NCBI GenBank assembly: GCA_963779925.1
Contig: CAVZZS010000011.1
Coordinates: 34,974-98,973 of the forward strand
Direction: 5' to 3'
Length of the DNA stretch: 64,000 nt
Origin: an uncultured Nanoarchaeota archaeon
Lineage (GTDB): Archaea; Nanobdellota; Nanobdellia; Pacearchaeales; GW2011-AR1
In this document: positions 57,686-64,000 of the stretch, piece after piece
Position numbering within the stretch: position 1 is the stretch's first letter
How the letters are laid out: the number at the start of each line of letters is the position of its first letter
Notes under the pieces: generated by a model
Seen by the model: the letters and a program-made list of their open reading frames with translations, nothing else
What the model was told of the DNA's origin: nothing
Database searches by the model: none
Position numbers and translations under genes: made by a program

Positions 57686-59708
57686 GGCTTTGATTTTGGC
57701 AGGAGGATTAGGAACACGATTAAGAAGCTTAGTTAGCGATCTCCCAAAATCTATGGCTTCGGTTGCGGGCAAACCTTTCTTAGATCATCAAATCAGATAC
57801 TTGAGAGACCAGGGAGTTAGAGAATTTGTTTTAGCAGTTTATTACATGAAAGATGCGGTAGAATCATATTTAGGAGACGGCAGAAGAATGGGAGTAGATA
57901 TAACTTATTCTGAAGAAGAGACTCCTCTTGGCACTGCAGGCGCAATCAAAAATGCTGAAAGATATCTTCAAGGCAACGATTTTTTTGTATTTAACGGCGA
58001 TTCCTACAGTAATCTAGACCTAAAACAATTTTTAGAATATCACAAAGAAAAAGGAAGCAACTTTACAATCGGTCTGGCAAAATCTGAAGAGACTTCGAGA
58101 TATGGAACAGTAACCTTAGAAGATGGAAAGATAACAGATTTCTTTGAAAAAAGAAAGTCTGACAACAGCGGACTTATTAACGTCGGCGTTTATCTTTTTA
58201 ATCCTAGAATATTCGAAGCAATTGAATCTGGAAAAATAGTTTCCCTCGAAAAAGAAGTCTTTCCAAAATTAGCAGAAGAAGGAAAACTATATGGCTATGT
58301 CCATAGCGGCTATCATATCGATATCGGGATTCCTGAAGGCTTTCATAAATTTAGGAGAGATGTTCTAGAAAGAATAGTATTAGGCAAAGATGATAATCTA
58401 AGAATGGCAATGAAAAAGATAAGCGAAAGCGGGATAAATCTTGTCTTAGTTGTAGATAATAATAGAAGGTTATTGGGAGTAGCCAATAACGGGATAATAA
58501 TGGAATATATTCTGAAGGGGGGCAACTTAGATGATAACCTTGAACAATTTATGATTAGAGACCCTGTTGTTGCAAGAAGTTCAGATGATGAAGACCAGAT
58601 TTATGCACTTATTTCTTCCGGAATAAATCATGTTCCTATATTGGACGAAAATGGGAGGGTATCTGATGTTAGATTTCGCTCTGAAGAGGTTAAGAGAGAA
58701 ACATTTCCTACTCTGCAAGGAAAGGCACCTTTGAGAATAAGTTTTGCCGGGGGCGGAACAGACTTGCCTTATTTTTTTGAAAAACATGGCGGAGTCGTTA
58801 TAAATGCAACAATTGATAAATATTGCTATGCAACAGTTCAAAAAAGAGCCGATAAAAAAATCTTAATCAGTTCAGATTTGGAAGAAGAGGTTTTGCTAAA
58901 TTCTGGAGAGCTTCATTATGATGGAAATTTCGATTTGATAAAGGCAATCACCCAAGTACTAAAACCTTCTTTCGGTTTTGATATTTATTTGCATAGTGAT
59001 TTACCCGCTGGCAGAGGATTAGGTTCATCTGCAAGCTTGGGCGTGCTCACTACAAAATTGATTAGCGAACTAGCAGGGTCTAAATTAGGCGATGATGAAT
59101 TGGCGAAGATTGCTTACCGTGCTGAGACTGAAGAGTTAGGAATAAAGGGAGGATGGCAAGACCAACATGCCACAGTAATGGGGGGATTCGGATTTATGGA
59201 ATTTAACAAAGACGGGACAATTGTTTATCCGCTAAGATTAAAGGAAGACGTCATTAATGAGTTCAACAATCATCTGCTCTTGTGCTCCGTCGGCAGTTCT
59301 CATTTTTCCGGAAATCAGCATAAAGCCCAAGAAGAAAGTTTTCATGAGAAAGAAGATGAAACTCTTTTAAGACTTAATAGCATGAAAGAAGATGCTGTAA
59401 ATATTCGCGATTGCTTACTAACCGGAAATCTGGGGAAAATTGGCGAATTGTTAAATAAGTCTTGGGAAAGCAAGAAGAAACTAAGTAATATCATCTCAAG
59501 CCCAAGAATTGACGAGTTATATCAAGCAGGCCTCAGTAATGGCGCTACTGGCGGAAAATTATTGGGCGCAGGTGGCGGAGGATATCTTTTGTTCTTTTAT
59601 TCTCCTAGGAAAAGAAAGCAATTAAGAGGTGCATTAGAAAATAAGGGCGGAGAAATAGTTGATTTTAATTTTGAATTTGGTGGGGCAAAAAGTTGGAGAA
59701 TTGATTAA
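57669..59708 (+). CDS. Fusion of nucleotidyltransferase (HddC-like), CBS pair and GHMP sugar kinase (HddA-like)
   Basis: LAGGLGTRL...PK, PLGTAGA, NGD; CBS region VVDNNRRLLG...VPILDENG; APLRISFAGGGTD, PAGRGLGSS, GKLLGAGGGG. Confidence 0.88.
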   Translation: MNIENKALILAGGLGTRLRSLVSDLPKSMASVAGKPFLDHQIRYLRDQGVREFVLAVYYMKDAVESYLGDGRRMGVDITYSEEETPLGTAGAIKNAERYLQGNDFFVFNGDSYSNLDLKQFLEYHKEKGSNFTIGLAKSEETSRYGTVTLEDGKITDFFEKRKSDNSGLINVGVYLFNPRIFEAIESGKIVSLEKEVFPKLAEEGKLYGYVHSGYHIDIGIPEGFHKFRRDVLERIVLGKDDNLRMAMKKISESGINLVLVVDNNRRLLGVANNGIIMEYILKGGNLDDNLEQFMIRDPVVARSSDDEDQIYALISSGINHVPILDENGRVSDVRFRSEEVKRETFPTLQGKAPLRISFAGGGTDLPYFFEKHGGVVINATIDKYCYATVQKRADKKILISSDLEEEVLLNSGELHYDGNFDLIKAITQVLKPSFGFDIYLHSDLPAGRGLGSSASLGVLTTKLISELAGSKLGDDELAKIAYRAETEELGIKGGWQDQHATVMGGFGFMEFNKDGTIVYPLRLKEDVINEFNNHLLLCSVGSSHFSGNQHKAQEESFHEKEDETLLRLNSMKEDAVNIRDCLLTGNLGKIGELLNKSWESKKKLSNIISSPRIDELYQAGLSNGATGGKLLGAGGGGYLLFFYSPRKRKQLRGALENKGGEIVDFNFEFGGAKSWRID

Positions 59709-59729
59709 TTTGTTTAATAAGAAATAATA

Positions 59730-60689
59730 TTAAAATAGAGCGGGATTTTCTTCACACCACTCAATAGTTTTGGCAAGACCCTCTTCCAAACTATGAAGTT
59801 TATTCTTAACAGTCCATCCGATTTCTCTCTTCGCTTTTTCGATATTCAACACCTTACGTTTTACTCCTACGAATTTATCAGTGTTGTATACTATATCTCC
59901 TTCAAATCCAGAAACTTTCTTTATTGTTTCTGCAAGTTCTCTTACAGTAATCTCTTGACCTGTTCCAATATTCAATAAATCACCTTCATAATCCTGGGCT
60001 GCCATTAATAGTCCTGTAAGCTGATCTTTAACATAAATTACTTCTCTTGTCTGAGTACCATCCCCCCAAACTTCTACTTCTTTTTCATTATTATTTCTAG
60101 CTTTTACAAATTTTGCAATTAGAGCACTTACAACATGGGCCGTCTCTAGTTTGAAATCATCATGAGGACCATAAAGGGTTGCAAAAATAGGCATTGTTCC
60201 TTTCAATCCATATTGGTCCTTGTATGCTTTTATGCCTACTCCTAAAAGCTTTTTTGTTGCACCATAAGCATAAACACTAGGATGCAATGGCCCTTTATCA
60301 ACATCTTCTTCAGCTAATACCGGAATATCACCAGGAAAACTGCAACTGCTTCCAACTCCAATGAATTTTGCCTGAGGCTGATATTTTCTCCAAGCCTCTA
60401 AGGTGTTTACATGAATAAGACTATTTGTGTAAAGCTGGACTCCTGTGTGATGCATTGGCCAATCAGCGGCAGCCTGTAAAGCGGCCATGTGAATTATAAA
60501 ATCATATTTTTTCCCCTGAGCTTGCATAACTTTATCCGCTTCTTCTCCCCTAGTCAGATTAAACTCTTTAGAATGAAAAGTAAAATATTCTGCATCTAAT
60601 TGAGAAAGCATTTCTGTTAGATTCTTTCCAACAAAACTTGTTCCGCCTGTTATAAGGACTTTTTTGCCATTCCAATAGTCTGTATCCAT
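59730..60689 (-). CDS. GDP-L-fucose synthase-like epimerase/reductase
   Basis: GSSC, YGATK, LYGPHDDF...HVVSALI, VWGDGTQTRE. Confidence 0.85.
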   Translation of the reverse strand: MDTDYWNGKKVLITGGTSFVGKNLTEMLSQLDAEYFTFHSKEFNLTRGEEADKVMQAQGKKYDFIIHMAALQAAADWPMHHTGVQLYTNSLIHVNTLEAWRKYQPQAKFIGVGSSCSFPGDIPVLAEEDVDKGPLHPSVYAYGATKKLLGVGIKAYKDQYGLKGTMPIFATLYGPHDDFKLETAHVVSALIAKFVKARNNNEKEVEVWGDGTQTREVIYVKDQLTGLLMAAQDYEGDLLNIGTGQEITVRELAETIKKVSGFEGDIVYNTDKFVGVKRKVLNIEKAKREIGWTVKNKLHSLEEGLAKTIEWCEENPALF

Positions 60690-60750
60690 GAATTTTCACA
60701 GTTTTTTCCCTTTTTAAGATTATGTATAGTAAAAAAAGAAGTATTGGAAA

Positions 60751-61652
60751 TTATCCTAAAGCTAGTCTAATCCATTTGTTTGTACCATTTCCTGGACAAT
60801 AGAAAAGCCCAGTTGAGTTTCTCCCTATGCTACCATTACTCATTGAATCACAGAAAGGGAGAGTTGTTCTTGGAAGAGTAAGTAACCCATTTCCGGAAGT
60901 ATTCCCTGTAATAGATATGTTCCCTGTAGATACAATTATGCTTCTATTGAAGTTATTTATTCTGTTAATATAAGCAACAATTGATGAATTGCTATTCCAA
61001 TTAGGTTCATTTGAAGGAGGAGGATTTGTTGAGTTATAGAACCCAAATGGATTTGTTATTAGATAGTAAGATGAATTAATAACAGGTATATTAGTTAAAT
61101 GGCTACCATCTCCATAAAGTAATCCTGTAACATTCAAATTAGTTATTATAGCATTTGTAACAAATAAATTCGCGACTTGATTTATCAAAGTCCCAAGAGA
61201 ACTAAAGAAACCATTCAAAGCAAAAATATTTTGTCCAACTGTTAAATTATTTGTTATATTGACATTTTCAAATGTAGCATTTTGGGGAAGTGGATTAGGT
61301 TGAGAATAGGCTAGTCCATTCCCATTATTATATAATTCCTGAATTTCAGAAGCATCCAGTGTCCTGTTCCAAAAACCTACTTCATCTATTGAACCTATCC
61401 AAAGATTATTTACACCATCTAAAAAAGAACCTAATTTAATTTGATTGCTGCCCATAGAAAAGGGTGTTACTGTTCCAGAGTTAGATAGATTCCCGTCTAT
61501 ATAAAGACTTAATGTTGTTCCATCATAAGTTACAGTATAGAAGTGAAAATTTCCATCATTATAAGTTGTGCTTCCACCAGAATAAAAACCTGTCCCGGGC
61601 CCACTTGTTCCGGTCTCGACTCTTATCGAGTTATTTGAAGCTTTCCATAATT
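60751..61652 (-). pseudogene. 5'-truncated LamG/concanavalin-like surface-protein gene
   Basis: The frame is open 70 codons upstream of the ATG at 61455 with LamG motifs (FHFYTVTYDGTTLSLYIDG...GSIDEVGFWNRTL), but there is no start codon or signal peptide before the stop at 61666-61668. Confidence 0.7.
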
Positions 61653-61713
61653 GTACATTGTTAAGTTAAAGGGTGTTAGATAAGTTTAAAGATTATTATT
61701 CTTTATATTATTT

Positions 61714-62457
61714 ATGCCTGATTTACCTAAAATTGACATAGTAAAAGAATTAAAGGAAATATTTAAGAGAGGTTATATTAAATCCCTAAGGTCTAATGAT
61801 ACTGGAATTGGTTATACTTTAGAGACCTTGTTAAAAATTAAAGAGAATAATTCTGGAGAGCCAGATTTAATTTATAATGGTGTTTCTGCCGAACTTAAAT
61901 CTCAAAGAGAAAAGGCAACTTCTAAAGTAACTCTTATGACTAAAACTCCAAATTGGGAACCATTAAAACCAAGAGAAATTATAGAGAAATTTGGATATAA
62001 AGATATTCAAGGCAGACAAGGATTAAAGATAACATTAACAGCTAATAATTTTAATGCACAGGGTTTTAAGTTAGAAGTTAATAGAAAAACAAATAGATTA
62101 AACATCTTGCAAAAAAGTTATGGAGTTGTAGCTTATTTTGATATAAAAGAACTTATGAATAAGTTAAGCGAAAAAATCTATAAAAATTTAATATTAGTTT
62201 TAGCAGATAGCAAAAAGAAAGATGGAAAAGAATATTTTAGATATAATAAGGCAATTCTTTTGAAAGATTTAAGCGAAGAAGCATTTGAAAAATTGTTTAA
62301 TGATGGTTTAATAGTTTGGGAATTTAGAATGCATATACAACCTTGGGGTGCTGTCAGAGACCACGGACCTGGATTTAGGATAAGCAGAAACCACATAGAC
62401 AAGCTATATTCCGAGCATAAAGTTATTTTTGATGGCTCTAAATCTTCTGAAGAATAA
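61714..62457 (+). CDS. MvaI/BcnI-family type II restriction endonuclease
   Basis: DTGIGYTLE...ENN...PD...ELKS, RDHGPGFRI. Confidence 0.88.
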   Translation: MPDLPKIDIVKELKEIFKRGYIKSLRSNDTGIGYTLETLLKIKENNSGEPDLIYNGVSAELKSQREKATSKVTLMTKTPNWEPLKPREIIEKFGYKDIQGRQGLKITLTANNFNAQGFKLEVNRKTNRLNILQKSYGVVAYFDIKELMNKLSEKIYKNLILVLADSKKKDGKEYFRYNKAILLKDLSEEAFEKLFNDGLIVWEFRMHIQPWGAVRDHGPGFRISRNHIDKLYSEHKVIFDGSKSSEE

Positions 62458-63688
62458 AGATATACTCATTACACATAGTTGTTGAGGTTTCTCCCTTAAC
62501 ATTTGTTGGTGAGTTAACACTCGGCATTCTTTTATTTGGTATTGCTCTTTGGTGTAATGCAACTTGTTTATACTTTCCGTGAGCCATAAACATTTCAGAC
62601 ATTATCTTATCTGTTGGGATATTAACACCTTTAACAGTTCTATTCCCTACAACAAAACAGACATAACCATCTTTAGCCAAAACTCTATTTAGCTGAATAA
62701 CTACTTTATCAAAATCTTCATAGAAGCTTAAAACTTCTCTTGCTCTCTTTTCGTCCTTTTCTGCAATTACTTTTATTATTCCTTTTAATGTTGGAGAATT
62801 AATTTTTACTTCTAAACTTTTAACAGCTTTTCCCCCAAGAAGTTTATTATCTAAACTGATTATATCTTCATAATCTAACCACTGCAAAGCCAACCTTGAA
62901 AACTGACCATAAGCAACAGTTGTTTTGCTATCTCCATATGGGGGAGAGGTTACAATTAAATCTATGCTGTTATCTTTTATAGGTAACTCATTCATAGAAC
63001 TGAATAGTTTTATTTCTGGTTTTAAATCAGTTTTAACATTTAGATATTGTTCCATTCCACTAATATTACTACTTGCTATTTTCTCAAACTCTCCTAAGAC
63101 GTCAGGATTATAATTTTCTAATTTTTCTTTATCCATTCTGTAAAGCTTGAACTCTTTGTTTCTGGTATTTGATACTTTCCTAACTGTTTCTGAAAATGCA
63201 ACTAAAAAGAAATCTTTAATATCCTTATTTTTAATCTGGTTAATTAAAGATTTGATAATAACCAATCTTTCGGTAACTTTATCTTTGAACCAAAAATCTA
63301 TATTTTTGAATTTTGGTGGTTCTGCAAAAAAAGGATTTTTTGGATTAATTATTTTATCTAATTCTTTTCTTAAAACATTTGCATTAATTGGGGTGGTCTT
63401 AACTTTTGAAATCAAGACGGCAAGAGGGTTTAAATCAAAACCATAAGCTTCTTTTATATGTGGAACTAAAGAAGCTTCAACTAAAGAGGTTCCAGAGCCA
63501 CAGAAAGGGTCTAAGAGAGTTTTAGCATTTTTACCATAAAGATAAATTAATCTTCTTGCTATTTGTGGTATCATCATAGCTGGATATGTATGAATATTAT
63601 GAGTATATTCTTTTGTATCTTCTCCCTTAAAATCCCAAGATGTAAAATTTTCTTGCTCTTTTTCCATAAGGATATATTGATTTTTCAT
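62438..63688 (-). CDS. N4-cytosine DNA methyltransferase (M.MvaI-like motif order)
   Basis: HTYPA, LDPFCGSGT (motif I) preceding TSPPY (motif IV); convergent with the REase. Confidence 0.9.
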   Translation of the reverse strand: MKNQYILMEKEQENFTSWDFKGEDTKEYTHNIHTYPAMMIPQIARRLIYLYGKNAKTLLDPFCGSGTSLVEASLVPHIKEAYGFDLNPLAVLISKVKTTPINANVLRKELDKIINPKNPFFAEPPKFKNIDFWFKDKVTERLVIIKSLINQIKNKDIKDFFLVAFSETVRKVSNTRNKEFKLYRMDKEKLENYNPDVLGEFEKIASSNISGMEQYLNVKTDLKPEIKLFSSMNELPIKDNSIDLIVTSPPYGDSKTTVAYGQFSRLALQWLDYEDIISLDNKLLGGKAVKSLEVKINSPTLKGIIKVIAEKDEKRAREVLSFYEDFDKVVIQLNRVLAKDGYVCFVVGNRTVKGVNIPTDKIMSEMFMAHGKYKQVALHQRAIPNKRMPSVNSPTNVKGETSTTMCNEYIFILQKI

Positions 63689-63690
63689 TT

Positions 63691-63999
63691 TTAATTATTT
63701 ATGGATTTTTGTATTAACTGAAGCCATTTATTTTCAGGATTAAGCTGTAAGGTTGGAATAGCCAACTGATAAGGACAGCAGTTTATCGTTTGGTGTTTTG
63801 TGATAAAATTGTAGTAAATTTCCCAGCCCTTCATTATTGCGTTAGCAGAAGATATAGAACCGTGAAATCCACGAAAGGTTTTAGTCCTTTGTCTTATGTT
63901 GTTATGCAATCTTTCTATAGGGTAATTAAAACCCTCGTCTTTAATTGCTATATTTCTATTATGAAGAACATTATGTTTTCCTATTTTGTTATTATATCC
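63691..63999 (-). CDS. DDE transposase/integrase (IS6-like), C-terminal part
   Basis: Frame open to the window edge: ...FNYPIERLHNNIRQRTKTFRGF...YYNF...H...P. Confidence 0.8.
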   Translation of the reverse strand, partial: GYNNKIGKHNVLHNRNIAIKDEGFNYPIERLHNNIRQRTKTFRGFHGSISSANAIMKGWEIYYNFITKHQTINCCPYQLAIPTLQLNPENKWLQLIQKSINN

Positions 64000-64000
64000 A

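Larger units (their letters stand above)
61653..64000. mobile_element. Putative IS6-like DDE transposon carrying an RM system (other end outside the window)
   Basis: Transposase C-terminus at the right edge; candidate terminal repeat GTACATTGTTAAGTT at 61653-61667, where the LamG frame breaks. Confidence 0.55.

Noticed and set aside
1..64000. CRISPR array, rRNA genes, diversity-generating retroelement, alternative genetic code
   Set aside because: No regularly spaced repeats, rRNA-like tracts, reverse transcriptase or TR/VR pair were seen by eye; conserved genes end normally at TAA, TAG and TGA.

Overview
AT-rich archaeal chromosome segment. Gene content and style (archaeal ribosomal proteins, short genes, TATA boxes directly ahead of start codons, a short archaeosortase-like gene) best fit a DPANN archaeon, probably Ca. 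Pacearchaeota; this assignment is an inference. Layout: (1) 1-14.5 kb cell-surface block: two large Cys-rich exported proteins and four pilin-like proteins (class III-like signal peptides), an HTH regulator, a 901-aa S-layer protein with a long structured leader, and a DedA / archaeosortase-like / PAP2 / C-terminally anchored surface-protein module. (2) 14.6-28.7 kb housekeeping: sepF, prefoldin, rpo12, rpl11-spt5-secE-ftsZ, aIF5A, L1-L10-L12, a DinG/XPD-like helicase and three tRNAs (Pro-TGG, Thr-CGT, Ser-TGA). (3) 28.8-42 kb S10-spc ribosomal superoperon to secY, lacking rnp1 and adk at their usual positions. (4) 43-60.7 kb N-glycosylation island: AglH-like, AglB, GDP-sugar and heptose enzymes, glycosyltransferases. 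(5) 60.7-64 kb: a 5'-truncated LamG gene abutting an IS6-like DDE element that appears to carry an MvaI/BcnI-type restriction-modification pair. Three genes, including essential rpl6, contain single net +1 frameshifts that are most likely sequence errors. All family calls come from motif recognition by eye; no database search was run.
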